64,000 nt of DNA from an uncultured Chloroflexia bacterium (GCA_963729445.1 CAVSNU010000003.1:1100816-1164815), one strand, 5' to 3'. Shown: positions 46,385-56,396, counted from the first letter of the stretch. Notes: generated by a model from the sequence alone, not told the origin. A program made the numbers and translations.

Positions 46385-47596
46385 TCAACGCTCCGCGGAC
46401 GCCTCGACAGCCTCATCTCGTTCGGTCCTGAACAGATCCTCGAACTGTGTCACGCCACCGTACTCTAACCCGAGAATTCGGGCGAGGCCGTCGGGCGTGC
46501 TGAGTTCGCGACCGAACACTTCGGCCTGGCTGGCGCTCATGTGCCGGTCGGGCCGGACCATTATCCGGGCCATCCGGCTGCCTGTCAGGGTGCATGCGCG
46601 TACGCGCTCTGCATAGCGGTGCAGCGCCTCTCCTGTTACACCGTTGGCTAGCTCCGCGGCAAGATCCTCCGCCTCCAGTAGCGCATCGCTGATGCCACGC
46701 GCGACAATCGGGTTTTTCTGATGCGCGGCGTCCCCCACGAGCGTCCAGCCATCACCTGCGGCAGTACGGTAATAACCACGTACCCCCGCAATGCCGTAGA
46801 CCGGCGAGGCTAGCTCCGCGCCTGCCAGCATCTCCGCGACACAGGAGTGCTTCTTGACCCCTCGGAGATAGTTCTCGCGGTGATTCGCCTTGAACTCCTG
46901 ATAATCCTCATCAAAGGCGCCGTAGATCACCATGCGCAAACCGTTGCTCGTCAGCATCGTGGCCACGGTGTCGGTCTCGGTTTCGGATTGGGTGAGGGAG
47001 AGCGGGTCAGGTTCGGATGAGCCGGAGAAGTACCCGTAGTACCAGTACCGCCCGGGCTCCACAACGTCATCTTCGGTCGCGCCGGATGTCTTGGCGACGA
47101 TCGAGTCGCGGCCGTCCGCGCCGATGACGAGGTCGGCGGTGACGAGTCGCTCACCCGCGGCAGTTGACAAACGTGCCCCAGATACTCGCCCATCAGTCCA
47201 GGAGAGTCCGACGCAGCGTGTCCGATCGAGGGCATCGACGCCCTGTGTAGAGCCTGCGGTTTCGAACAGGATGCCGTCAAGATCGTGCCGGCGAACGCAG
47301 AGAAAGTAATCGATCCCCTGGTAGGGCGTCAGGCGTGTTTCCAACGTATCCCTCCCGCGGCACAACCTGAAATGGTGCGCAGGCGGAGCACCAGTCGCCA
47401 GAGCGCGGTCGAGCACGCCTAACCGCGCCAGGGTGGCGATGCCATCCGGCCAGAGCACGTGCGTCGAGAGCGTGTCAGACGGCATACTCTGCCGCTCGAC
47501 CAGCAGCACCCGATACCCCGCCCGGCCTAAACCAATCGCGGCAGCGCTCCCGGCGCAACGGCCGCCCACAATGATGATGTCGTAGTGGTCGCTCAT
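46385..47596 (-). CDS. FAD-dependent monooxygenase/oxidoreductase
   Basis: The Rossmann motif is YDIIIVGGRCAGSAAAIGLGRAGYRVLLVE, with a later GD motif (LVGDAAHQ). The ATG is at 47596. Confidence 0.85.
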   Translation of the reverse strand: MSDHYDIIIVGGRCAGSAAAIGLGRAGYRVLLVERQSMPSDTLSTHVLWPDGIATLARLGVLDRALATGAPPAHHFRLCRGRDTLETRLTPYQGIDYFLCVRRHDLDGILFETAGSTQGVDALDRTRCVGLSWTDGRVSGARLSTAAGERLVTADLVIGADGRDSIVAKTSGATEDDVVEPGRYWYYGYFSGSSEPDPLSLTQSETETDTVATMLTSNGLRMVIYGAFDEDYQEFKANHRENYLRGVKKHSCVAEMLAGAELASPVYGIAGVRGYYRTAAGDGWTLVGDAAHQKNPIVARGISDALLEAEDLAAELANGVTGEALHRYAERVRACTLTGSRMARIMVRPDRHMSASQAEVFGRELSTPDGLARILGLEYGGVTQFEDLFRTERDEAVEASAER

Positions 47597-47683
47597 GCGA
47601 CATCCGTTCATGTTAGAAAGAGCCCTCGCCGCGGCCTGTCCCAGGCGCGAACGCGAGGTGTTGAGGGTGAGAGCCTGTCCCGT

Positions 47684-49348
47684 TCACCGCCGAACCAGAC
47701 CCAGCACCCGCGCCTGGATCAACCGTGCCTCGTCAACCTGGAAATAGAGCAACCCGCCGGCATAGACGGCCGCGCCAAGCGCGACTGGGACGCCCAGAAT
47801 AACTGCATCACGCACGAGCACCAACCAGCTTGTGCCGGCTTCCGGCAACGCAACCGACAGCAGCAGGGCCGCCGCGCCGGCCAGAAGCGCCATCACCGTG
47901 CCGACGCCCAGACAGACTCGCAGTGTTCTTGCAAACTCACCCCCGTCGAAGGGCTGCCGCTCGCCATCCGGCCCCTTCGTGAGTAGCCGCCGGATCAACA
48001 CCACCATCACGATCGCGTGGAAGACAAACTGCGCCGAGTTGGCGCCCACCAGCCCGGCCATTCTTCCATTCTCGCTCGACGCGATACGGACCAGCGACAG
48101 CGCGAAGAGAAAATACACGCCGACGGCCAGCACACCAACGATCTGCGGCGTGCGCGTGTTTTGACGGGCGTAATAGGCAAAAATCAACACCTGATCGAAC
48201 GCCGCGAAGAGTGTTCCTGGAAGATACGCCAGGAGCGCGACCCAGATCGCGATCGCGCCCGCTTCGTCAGTCGCGCCGTGAAAGAAAAGCAACCGTACCG
48301 CGGGCCAGGAGAGCGCCAGTAAGCCGAACGCCGCGGGTACCACCAGCACCGTCACCATCTTCAGGCCGCGCGCCAGCGTCTGGCGGTACGCAGCTTCGTC
48401 TCCACTGGAGAAGTGTCGCGAGAGTGTCGGCAGCGCCGCCAGCGAGATTGCCGCCGCCACCAGACCCAGGATCATCTGGTTCATGGCTGTGGCGTAGCGC
48501 ATGGCTCCCAGGGCGTTCTCGCCAATACCCCAGGCCAGGTTGCGATCGAACGCCAGCGCAGCCGCATTTACCAGCAGGCCGAGGAAGATCGGCAAGTAGA
48601 GCCACAGAATGCGCCGGATGGCCGGGTGCCGAAACTCGAAGTTGGGACGCGGCAACGCATCCCGCAGCCCGGGGAGCTGGATGGCGATCAACAGCGCGGC
48701 ACCCAGCACGATTCCCAGAACGATTGAGCGCACGTTGAGCGCGGTATGGCCCAGTGCCAGCGTCACCGTCACAATGGCCAGATTGCGGAGCGAGAGCGAG
48801 AGGGCGGGACGGGTGAAGCGTTGCAGCGAGTACAGCGTGGCCATCAGGACCGTCGAGATTGAGAGCATGAAGACCGCCGGCAGGATGAGCCGCACCAGCT
48901 GGACTGTCAGCTCGACCGTATCGGCGCCCTTGGCTTCCTCGCCACCGCCGAATTCCGTCATCAGGGCCACCACCTGGGGCGCAAAGAACTCTAACAGGAC
49001 AATGATCGCGCCCACGACGATCACCGTCAGCGTCAGGAGCGCCCCGGTGATGCGCTTGAGCTCTTCGCGCTGGTGCAGAGCGGCGTACTGGCTCAGGACG
49101 GGAATGAGCGCCGCCTGCATCATGCCGCTCATGACCAGGTCGAAGAGCATGGTGTGGATGTTGTCGGCGATCGTGAACGCGGCCATCTCGTCACTCACTC
49201 CGAAGAGGTACGAGTTGACCTGTTCGCGAACCAGGCCGAGGACGCGGGACAGCACGGTCCCCGCCATCAAGAGCATGGCGGCGGTACCGATCCCCTGTGC
49301 GTTGCTGGATTCCGTCTCTGACGTCACAGGGCTCGGGGTCGGCCTCAC
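47684..49348 (-). CDS. murJ: lipid II flippase MurJ/MviN
   Basis: 554 aa, polytopic. The N-terminus LSRVLGLVREQVNSYLFGVSDEMAAFTIA is typical MurJ. The GTG start overlaps the upstream stop (GTGA). Confidence 0.9.
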   Translation of the reverse strand: MRPTPSPVTSETESSNAQGIGTAAMLLMAGTVLSRVLGLVREQVNSYLFGVSDEMAAFTIADNIHTMLFDLVMSGMMQAALIPVLSQYAALHQREELKRITGALLTLTVIVVGAIIVLLEFFAPQVVALMTEFGGGEEAKGADTVELTVQLVRLILPAVFMLSISTVLMATLYSLQRFTRPALSLSLRNLAIVTVTLALGHTALNVRSIVLGIVLGAALLIAIQLPGLRDALPRPNFEFRHPAIRRILWLYLPIFLGLLVNAAALAFDRNLAWGIGENALGAMRYATAMNQMILGLVAAAISLAALPTLSRHFSSGDEAAYRQTLARGLKMVTVLVVPAAFGLLALSWPAVRLLFFHGATDEAGAIAIWVALLAYLPGTLFAAFDQVLIFAYYARQNTRTPQIVGVLAVGVYFLFALSLVRIASSENGRMAGLVGANSAQFVFHAIVMVVLIRRLLTKGPDGERQPFDGGEFARTLRVCLGVGTVMALLAGAAALLLSVALPEAGTSWLVLVRDAVILGVPVALGAAVYAGGLLYFQVDEARLIQARVLGLVRR

Positions 49349-49833
49349 CGGACCGGTCTTCCCTCACGAATGGCGGTCAGGATGTCCGTGGTGGAGCGGC
49401 CCACGACGAGGGGCAGGATGACCGTCTCGCCTCCAAGCTCACGCACGATCTCCGCCTCGGGTAGATCTGCCCCGCCTGGGGCGTAGTCGCCGCCCTTCAC
49501 ATACACGTCAGGCCGCAGCAGGCGGATGCAGCGTTCGGCCGTTGGCTCGCTGAAAATAGTCGCGTAGGCGACGCTGCCCAGGCCGGCCAGTAGCTCAGCG
49601 CGTTCGGCTTGAGGAAGGATGGGACGCGCGGGTCCCTTGCGCTCGGTCGTCATCCGGTCGTCATTGACACCGACCACGAGGACGTCACCGAGCTTCGCGG
49701 CGGCTTTCAGATAGCGTAGATGGCCGACGTGCAGCAGATCAAAGTGTCCGTTGGTGAACACAATCCGCGAGCCTTCAGAGCGCAGCTCATCGCCAAGCTG
49801 CGCCAACCGGTCAACGGCGATAACCACGCCCAT
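49345..49833 (-). CDS. hldC: D-glycero-beta-D-manno-heptose 1-phosphate adenylyltransferase-like cytidylyltransferase (RfaE domain II type)
   Basis: IVFTNGHFDLLHVGHLRYLKAAAKLGDVLVVGVNDD, RP, and VKGGDY are HldE C-domain hallmarks. Confidence 0.75.
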   Translation of the reverse strand: MGVVIAVDRLAQLGDELRSEGSRIVFTNGHFDLLHVGHLRYLKAAAKLGDVLVVGVNDDRMTTERKGPARPILPQAERAELLAGLGSVAYATIFSEPTAERCIRLLRPDVYVKGGDYAPGGADLPEAEIVRELGGETVILPLVVGRSTTDILTAIREGRPVR

Positions 49834-49961
49834 GTCAATCTATCCCCTGATCATCCAAGCACAATATATGCGCTCGCTCTCTGCCTGGCACGTTCACGAC
49901 CGCCAATCAAGCTCAATTATGGGAGCGTCCAACTCAATCCGCTATTCGCAAGGATCACTTT

Positions 49962-50233
49962 CGTACGGGCGTCATTCATTGCGCCCCATGCGCATCAAGT
50001 TAAGGACGGCCTGGACAGAGCATGTGGTTCGGATCGTCATCCTGAGGCAACGAAGGATCTCTGGTTTACCCATTTAAAAGCCCAATCAGAGATCCTTCGT
50101 TGCCTCAGGATGACCGGAATAGGCCGTTGTCCTTCCTGAATTGGCTTAACTTGATGCGTACGGGCGTAATTTATTGCGCCCTCTCCAACGCCACGAGCAG
50201 CCAGGCAGGGGCGCAATGAATTACGCCCGTACG
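49962..50233. repeat. nested composite repeat: type A half, 15-nt inverted arms, complete type B inverted repeat, complete type A
   Basis: The type A half is at 49962-49986. GCGCATCAAGTTAAG (49990-50004) pairs with CTTAACTTGATGCG (50145-50158). Type B is GTCATCCTGAGGCAACGAAGGATCTCT (50035-50061) with AGAGATCCTTCGTTGCCTCAGGATGAC (50087-50113). The complete type A is at 50157-50233. Confidence 0.85.
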
Positions 50234-50329
50234 CAGTTGAGGAGCACTTCCCGTGCTCGGATCAAGTTGTCACATTCCATCATCGCGCCGCTACGGAGAC
50301 GGCGAGGAATGCAGATACACGCCAGCGCG

Positions 50330-51310
50330 TTACCCCAGCGCCGCCGCGATCTCGTCCCTGGTTGCCTGGGCGTTGCCCCAGCGCCGCACGACCACACCGG
50401 CCGCAACCTGCGCCAGTGACGCTGCCTCAACCGGGCTGCCACCCGAGAGCAGGGCCGCGGTCATGACCGCCACGACGGTATCTCCCGCGCCGGTGACATC
50501 GAAAATTTCGCTGCGATTCACCGCCGGAACGTCCTGATAGCCGTCGCCGGTCACCATCGACGCCCCCTCAGCACTGCGCGTGACCACCAGACAGGCGCAA
50601 GCCAGGTTGTTACGTAAATCCGATAGCAGACGTTCGCGTGAGGCGGCATCGTTGAGACGATGGCCGATCGACGCCTCAGCCTCAGCCTGATTACACTTCA
50701 CCAGACCAAAACCAGAAAACTTCGAGAGCTCGCCCTGCGAATCCACGGTGGTTAACACGCCCTGCGTGTGCTGCAGCTCCTGGATGGCGTCAACGACACT
50801 GGCCGTCAGCACGCCGGAGCGATAATCCGAGGCCAGCACGGCATCGACATTCACCGTGCGAATCATCTCACCAAGCGCTTGTTCAACGTTGGCCGGTACC
50901 GGCGCGCGCTCCTGGCGGTCCACACGCATGATCTGCTGCGGAAAGAGCAAGAAGCCCTCAGCCACCAGGCGCATCTTGGTCGTCGTCGGCCGGGTTGGAT
51001 CGACGAACACCAGTGAGGCGTCAATCCCGGCGGAGGTCAGGAGGTCGATGACTCGCCGCCCCTCGGGATCATCCCCGATCACGCCGGCCACCGTGACATC
51101 GTAGCCAAGCTGGCGCAGCGCCAGGGCAGGCGCTGCGCCGCCGCCAAGCTGGTCCAGACGCCGCTGCTCGTCCAGCACCATAATCGGCGCTTCACGCGAG
51201 ATCCCGTTCGGGAGGCCGAAGATGTAGTGATCGAGATAGAGATCCCCGACCACCAGCACCCGCTTGCCGCCCAGCCGTGCCAGCAGAGCCCTCAAGCTTG
51301 CCTCCGTCAT
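50330..51310 (-). CDS. hldA: PfkB-family sugar kinase (RfaE domain I / heptose 7-phosphate kinase-like)
   Basis: RVLVVGDLYLDHYIFG and DVTGAGDTVVAVMTAALLSG are the PfkB signatures. Confidence 0.7.
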   Translation of the reverse strand: MTEASLRALLARLGGKRVLVVGDLYLDHYIFGLPNGISREAPIMVLDEQRRLDQLGGGAAPALALRQLGYDVTVAGVIGDDPEGRRVIDLLTSAGIDASLVFVDPTRPTTTKMRLVAEGFLLFPQQIMRVDRQERAPVPANVEQALGEMIRTVNVDAVLASDYRSGVLTASVVDAIQELQHTQGVLTTVDSQGELSKFSGFGLVKCNQAEAEASIGHRLNDAASRERLLSDLRNNLACACLVVTRSAEGASMVTGDGYQDVPAVNRSEIFDVTGAGDTVVAVMTAALLSGGSPVEAASLAQVAAGVVVRRWGNAQATRDEIAAALG

Positions 51311-51867
51311 TTGAAGCGCACGTAGCCAATAACCATGGCGAGCGCCATGAAGAGCATGTCTGGGATCACACGCAGGTAAAACACCGACCGAACGATTGGA
51401 TCGCCCGGGCTCTCAAGGAGCATGCTGAACGACAGGCCCGGGTTGAGCTGGGCGATCGTGTAGCGGCTGACGACGATTCCAATAAAGATGCAGCCCATCG
51501 AGAGCGCCTGGAGCTCCGGGCCGCGCTTGTAGTTCCCGCCTCGGGCCACAGCCTCGGCCACACCGAAGCCCAACAGGAGGGCCATATAGAAGCCCCAGCT
51601 GGGGTAGCTGCCCCAGAGAAATCCCACGGCGACGGCGACGATGACACCGAACGCGCCGGCCTTGAGAAGCCCGCTGGTGGAGGGATTGTAGATAGCCGGG
51701 CGGGGTCCGCGCGAGCATTCGGGGCACCGGTAACCAACCGGCGATGCCACCATACAGCGTGGACAGATCGGCTTGCCGCAGCGCGAGCAGCGCAGCCGGG
51801 TCAGTACCTTCGAGCCGCAAGCACACAGTGGTTCTGATGGATGAGAAGTGTCGGGCATCGTGGCCAC
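51307..51867 (-). CDS. zinc-ribbon (B-box-like) membrane protein, function unknown
   Basis: CACGSKV..RCSRCGKPICPRCMV....YRCPEC is followed by about 4 hydrophobic segments. It is translationally coupled (ATGA) to the downstream kinase. Confidence 0.6.
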   Translation of the reverse strand: MATMPDTSHPSEPLCACGSKVLTRLRCSRCGKPICPRCMVASPVGYRCPECSRGPRPAIYNPSTSGLLKAGAFGVIVAVAVGFLWGSYPSWGFYMALLLGFGVAEAVARGGNYKRGPELQALSMGCIFIGIVVSRYTIAQLNPGLSFSMLLESPGDPIVRSVFYLRVIPDMLFMALAMVIGYVRFK

Positions 51868-51874
51868 GGACAGA

Positions 51875-52660
51875 CTAGCTCGTTTCTAGGTTGCTCCGGC
51901 GATTCCGCCGGAAACGCTCACGAAGAACCAGAATCACGAAGAGTGGCAACGCCAACTGGCGGCGCCATCGACTGGGTTGACGGGCGAGCCGGTAGAGCCA
52001 CTCGAAACCGAGCCGCCGGACGAAATAAGGAGCACGAGGAACGCGACCCGAGAGGTAGTCAAACGTGCCACCGACGCCAACCGCGATCAGTATGCCATGT
52101 GCGTCTAGCCGTTCCCGGTGGTGATCGATCCACAGATCCTGCCGTGGATGACCGAACGCGACCAACAGCACCGTCGGCTGCGTAGCGACAATCCGGCGCT
52201 CAATTTCGGCGAAATCGTCGTCCGCCGGTGAGCCGGCATACGTCCCTACGATCTGTACGTGTGGATACCGCCGTTGAAGCTCGTGCTGCGCCTCCGCAGC
52301 GACGCCCTCCGCCGCACCGAGGAAGAACATGCGGCAGTTCTCCGGGGAGCATGCGGCGAGGGCTTGCACGAGATCGACACCAGCCACTCGATCCTGGATC
52401 GGAAGCGCCAGGATGCGGGAAGCGATAATGATTCCGATCCCGTCAGCCGTCGCGAGAGACGCTCTCCCCAGCACTTCTCGAAAGCGCTGGTCGCGCCGCG
52501 CGGCGACCACAAACTCCGGGTTGACGGTCACAACGTGCCGCACCGCCCCTTCCGGAGAACCGAGCCACCCGGCTATCCGTCCAGTCGCGGCCGCAAGATC
52601 AACACGGTCAACGGGAACGCCCAGAATGTCATGTCGCTGGAGGTGTGGTGTCGTCTGCAT
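51875..52660 (-). CDS. WecB/TagA/CpsF-family glycosyltransferase
   Basis: DILGVPVDRVDL, VVTVNPEFVVAARRD, ADGIGII and GHPRQDLW are collinear with TagA-type enzymes. Confidence 0.85.
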   Translation of the reverse strand: MQTTPHLQRHDILGVPVDRVDLAAATGRIAGWLGSPEGAVRHVVTVNPEFVVAARRDQRFREVLGRASLATADGIGIIIASRILALPIQDRVAGVDLVQALAACSPENCRMFFLGAAEGVAAEAQHELQRRYPHVQIVGTYAGSPADDDFAEIERRIVATQPTVLLVAFGHPRQDLWIDHHRERLDAHGILIAVGVGGTFDYLSGRVPRAPYFVRRLGFEWLYRLARQPSRWRRQLALPLFVILVLRERFRRNRRSNLETS

Positions 52661-52681
52661 AGTGCGAGTATCCTACACCGT

Positions 52682-53641
52682 ATGATGGAGGACGGCGGCG
52701 AAACCGAAGCCTATATTCATCACGTTCTCGCCGGTTACGGCCTCCTGCCTCAACCGGAGACGTGGGAGATCGTGCCAGCGGCCGGCGGGCTGAATAGTCG
52801 TGTCTACTTTGCCCGTCAACGCGGCCAAACACCCACCTATACCATTCGACTGCCAACTCCCGATGGAGATTGGCGGCTGCGCAGGGAAGCGGATGTCCTC
52901 ATGGATATCCACCATGGTTGCCCAGGCGTGCCCCACTGGGCCGGCCTGTTCGAAGGCAACGGTGATCCCATGCTCGTCCACGATTACGCCCCCGGCGCCC
53001 CGGCGCGACTGGAGACGGTCTCAGACACGGCGCTCACCTCGCTTGCCAGCTGCCTGGCCGGCATCCACGCCCATCATCGCCCGCACTACGCCATCTGGCC
53101 GTGGCTGCGACGCACCTCGGGTAGCCGGGCCGGAGCCTTCCTCGACCGGTTGGCGGCGTTGAGCCGCTACACATCATTCGAGACCGGCCTCAGCGAGCAG
53201 CTCAGAGAGCGGGTGGGTGAGCTTTACGTTAATTTGAAGCACAGCGAGCTAAGAGACGACGCGGGCTGGGACGCCCGACGCTTCTCCCAGCTCCACGGCG
53301 ATTTGAGCGTGGGCAACATGATCTGGGACGGCGACTCAGTCACCTTGATCGACTGGGAGTATGCCCGCGACGGCGATCCCGCCGAGGATCTCGCCTATCT
53401 CTTCTCCGAGCAACCGGCTCCGGAACGGACCACTACCATCTTTCAGCACGCCTATATCGTTGCGGGAGGCGACCCCTGCGCCGTCGCGCGCGCCGCCTGG
53501 TACGCCCCGCTCGTGGCGCTCGATTCAGCGCTGTGGTGGGGTGATTACCACCTGCGTCATGGAAACGATCCATCGACTGCGGGGGAAGTGCTGCGTTTCA
53601 TCGAGATCGCAGAAGCGAGCCTTCGCGATCTAGGGAGATGA
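52682..53641 (+). CDS. aminoglycoside phosphotransferase / choline-kinase-family kinase
   Basis: The catalytic and metal loops are in HGDLSVGNMIWDGDSVTLIDWEYARDGDPAEDLAY. The ATG at 52682 is used; the upstream part of ORF 52259-53641 is antisense to tagA. Confidence 0.75.
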   Translation: MMEDGGETEAYIHHVLAGYGLLPQPETWEIVPAAGGLNSRVYFARQRGQTPTYTIRLPTPDGDWRLRREADVLMDIHHGCPGVPHWAGLFEGNGDPMLVHDYAPGAPARLETVSDTALTSLASCLAGIHAHHRPHYAIWPWLRRTSGSRAGAFLDRLAALSRYTSFETGLSEQLRERVGELYVNLKHSELRDDAGWDARRFSQLHGDLSVGNMIWDGDSVTLIDWEYARDGDPAEDLAYLFSEQPAPERTTTIFQHAYIVAGGDPCAVARAAWYAPLVALDSALWWGDYHLRHGNDPSTAGEVLRFIEIAEASLRDLGR

Positions 53642-53700
53642 GAGGACGTGAGCGCCCGGAGGCGTTCCCATGCTTCGAGATCACAGAAGCACTGTCCGCC

Positions 53701-55665
53701 CTAGCGAAACCCCCGCGATCCTCCGCCGCCACCGCCTCCGAAGGAGCCGCCTCCGCCGGAGAACCCACCTCCCCCGAATGAGCCACGGCTGCCGGTACCA
53801 CCGGTGTTGGACGAGTACGGCCGGAAGACCTTCGAGGCCTCGTTGAACATCGCGAACATGCCGTCACTCATGCCCTGTAGCGAGCCTCCGAAGCTGTCGC
53901 TGACATCCTGCATGCTCGGCACGTCGATACCGCCACCTCCGCCGGATGAGCTGCCGCCGGAGCCCGGGATGATCACCATCCCCCCACGCCGCTGGTAGGG
54001 ACGCCGCATGGGACCGTCGATGTAGGGGCCGTACCAGTGCGGCGCAGGCGTGTCGATCTGGGAAAATTTCCGGACCCAGCTGCGTTCCAGACCAAACGCC
54101 ACCGCATATGGCAGGTACATCGAGAAGATCGCCTTGGCCTCGTCGACGTTCTGGTAGTGCTCAATCTCTACCAGATACCGTCGAAACGCCGTCCATCTGG
54201 CGGCCGCCTCGGCGCCGGCCTCACTCTTGCGTGACATCTGACCGCCGGTCACGATGAGGATCAAGCTGAGCATTACTCCAGCGACGATCGGGACCCAGAC
54301 GAGCGGCGCGAAGCCTGAGATCGCGCCGCCCAGGAAGAAGCCGGCCGCTACCGAGAGAGCCAGCAGCACGTAACCAGCCATGCGCCAGTGGCGGCGTGTC
54401 GTCTCAGGGTTTCTGGGGAAATAACCGTGTTCGACCAGCTCGTCGTACATGGCCTCCTTCACCTTGGCCTGACGGGCTGAGAAGCGCTCGCGGATCTTCG
54501 TGAGCTGTACCTCGTCTTTGGAGCCAAAGATCGCGTCCAGCGTCTCCTTCTCATACTTCCGTAGCCCGTCGGTGGTGCCCGTCTTGCGCAGCGTCCAGTC
54601 GCGGTTTAGCGTAATACCGAACAAGCCGGTCGAGGTCTCTTCAATGTGCACCACGCCGCGCTCGCCGAGATCGACGATCGTCGCGATCACATCGTGATCG
54701 TCCGCGCGTTCATCGATCAGCACGCCAACCGCTCCGGGCGGCAAGTCGTCGGGCGGCTCGCGCAAGATGTCGATCGGCAGCACCACCTGGGGGTCTTTCC
54801 CGCGCGACTGCCAGAGCATGTAGATGGCGACTGGTCCGCCGACAAGCATCAGCAAGCCCACGCCCAGGAAGAAGATGTTGGCGGCGGCCTTCCACGGACC
54901 AAGCCGCTCCTCACGCTCTGCTTCCGCATCGGCCGCAGCCTGCCAGCCGGGTGGGGTCGCCGCGGTCATCTTCGGGAACTCGGCGCGCGCCTCGAAGGCG
55001 TCGCCCTGTCGCAGGTTTTCAGCGGTAAAGACGATGGTATCGCCGTCCGGCATCTCAAAAGCGGTGTCTTCGGTTTCAAGGGTAAAGATCTCAGCGGCGA
55101 GCTCCGCCTCGGCGACCGGCTGGGGCAGATTCAGCGTGGCCGTCGCCAGCCGGACGTCCCCCGAGAAATCGGTGTCAATCGCGCGCCACCACAGTTGCTC
55201 CCGCCCGGTCGCTTCATAGACTCTCAGCCCGCCGGCCACGTCGTAGCTGATCGTGAAATGACGTGTCTCGTTGGAAGCCGGATCGAACCACCACAGAATC
55301 TCGACTTCGTCGCCATAGTCGGTGATCTGGAAGGTGCCAGAATCGCCGGAGCCACGCGCATAGGGCCGGCCATCCTCAAACACCTGGATGTTGCTTATCT
55401 CCTCAACCCGGTCCAGGGGAATGACGGCAAATCCTTCACTGAACGTGCCGGAGGTGAAATTGATGAACTGGTCTTCAGTGACGGTGAAGGTGCCATCATC
55501 GTGCAGGTCGATCGTCGTGTCGTAGCGCTCCCAGAAGAGCGCCTGCTGCGCCGCCGCCGTTCCAGGCAGCAACGCGACAAGGAGCACCAGGGACACGGCA
55601 AGGCCAACAAGCGGGCCCAGCAGGCGTCCACCCATTGCGCGCAAGATCGTGTGACGTTGTCTCAT
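53701..55665 (-). CDS. DUF2207-like membrane protein with glycine-rich C-terminal tail
   Basis: It has a signal peptide, an N-terminal extracytoplasmic domain, central TM segments and a C-terminal GGGGSFGGGGGGGSRGFR tail. Confidence 0.7.
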   Translation of the reverse strand: MRQRHTILRAMGGRLLGPLVGLAVSLVLLVALLPGTAAAQQALFWERYDTTIDLHDDGTFTVTEDQFINFTSGTFSEGFAVIPLDRVEEISNIQVFEDGRPYARGSGDSGTFQITDYGDEVEILWWFDPASNETRHFTISYDVAGGLRVYEATGREQLWWRAIDTDFSGDVRLATATLNLPQPVAEAELAAEIFTLETEDTAFEMPDGDTIVFTAENLRQGDAFEARAEFPKMTAATPPGWQAAADAEAEREERLGPWKAAANIFFLGVGLLMLVGGPVAIYMLWQSRGKDPQVVLPIDILREPPDDLPPGAVGVLIDERADDHDVIATIVDLGERGVVHIEETSTGLFGITLNRDWTLRKTGTTDGLRKYEKETLDAIFGSKDEVQLTKIRERFSARQAKVKEAMYDELVEHGYFPRNPETTRRHWRMAGYVLLALSVAAGFFLGGAISGFAPLVWVPIVAGVMLSLILIVTGGQMSRKSEAGAEAAARWTAFRRYLVEIEHYQNVDEAKAIFSMYLPYAVAFGLERSWVRKFSQIDTPAPHWYGPYIDGPMRRPYQRRGGMVIIPGSGGSSSGGGGGIDVPSMQDVSDSFGGSLQGMSDGMFAMFNEASKVFRPYSSNTGGTGSRGSFGGGGFSGGGGSFGGGGGGGSRGFR

Positions 55666-55774
55666 CTACGCATTCCCCTCGACCGCGAACCCTGCTACTC
55701 AGCCGCTCAATCTTACGTGCCTGGACTGCCCAGGAGAAATTGTCTGGTTCACTGCCCGTTTGCTTTTACGCGAA

Positions 55775-56396
55775 GATGGGGTATTCTGCAAACATCATGA
55801 TAGAACGCAGGACACCGCCGCCACCTTCGCCCGCCGACCACCAACGCGTCCGCCGCGAGGCGGTGGCCTGGGCTGTTGCGACCGCTCACAACCGCCGGAC
55901 GATATACCTCGACACCGAGACGACCGGGTTGGATGGCTCGGCCGAGATCATCGAGGTCGCGGCCATTGACTTCCGGGGTAACTGTCTCATCGAGACCTAT
56001 GTCCGGCCGCAGGAGCGTATCCCTCCCGACGCCGAGGCGATCCACTCCATCTCAAATGCCATGGTTGCACACGCTCCGCAGTGGCCGGAAGTATGCGCCG
56101 AGCTCGCCGCCATGCTGCAGCATGCCACGGTCGTGGTCTATAACGCCGCGTTCGACTTTAAGCTACTGAACCAGATGAACCACCGGCATGGCCTCCCCCT
56201 CTGGAATGAGAGCTGGCAGTGCGCCATGCAGCGCTACTCAGGCTTCGCCGGCGTCTGGAACGAGTACCGGGGAAGTTACCGCTGGCATAAGCTCGACCTT
56301 GCCGTGTCCGCCTTCGGCCATCCGCCCGGCGGCCACCGCGCCCTGGCGGACGCTGCCGCCTGCCGGTTGGTGGTCAAAGGGATGGCCGAGGCGTAG
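55775..56396 (+). CDS. DEDDh 3'-5' exonuclease (DnaQ-like)
   Basis: Exo I is IYLDTETTGL, Exo II is VVVYNAAFDFKLL, and Exo III is HRALADAAA. The start is 55775 or 55797. Confidence 0.8.
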
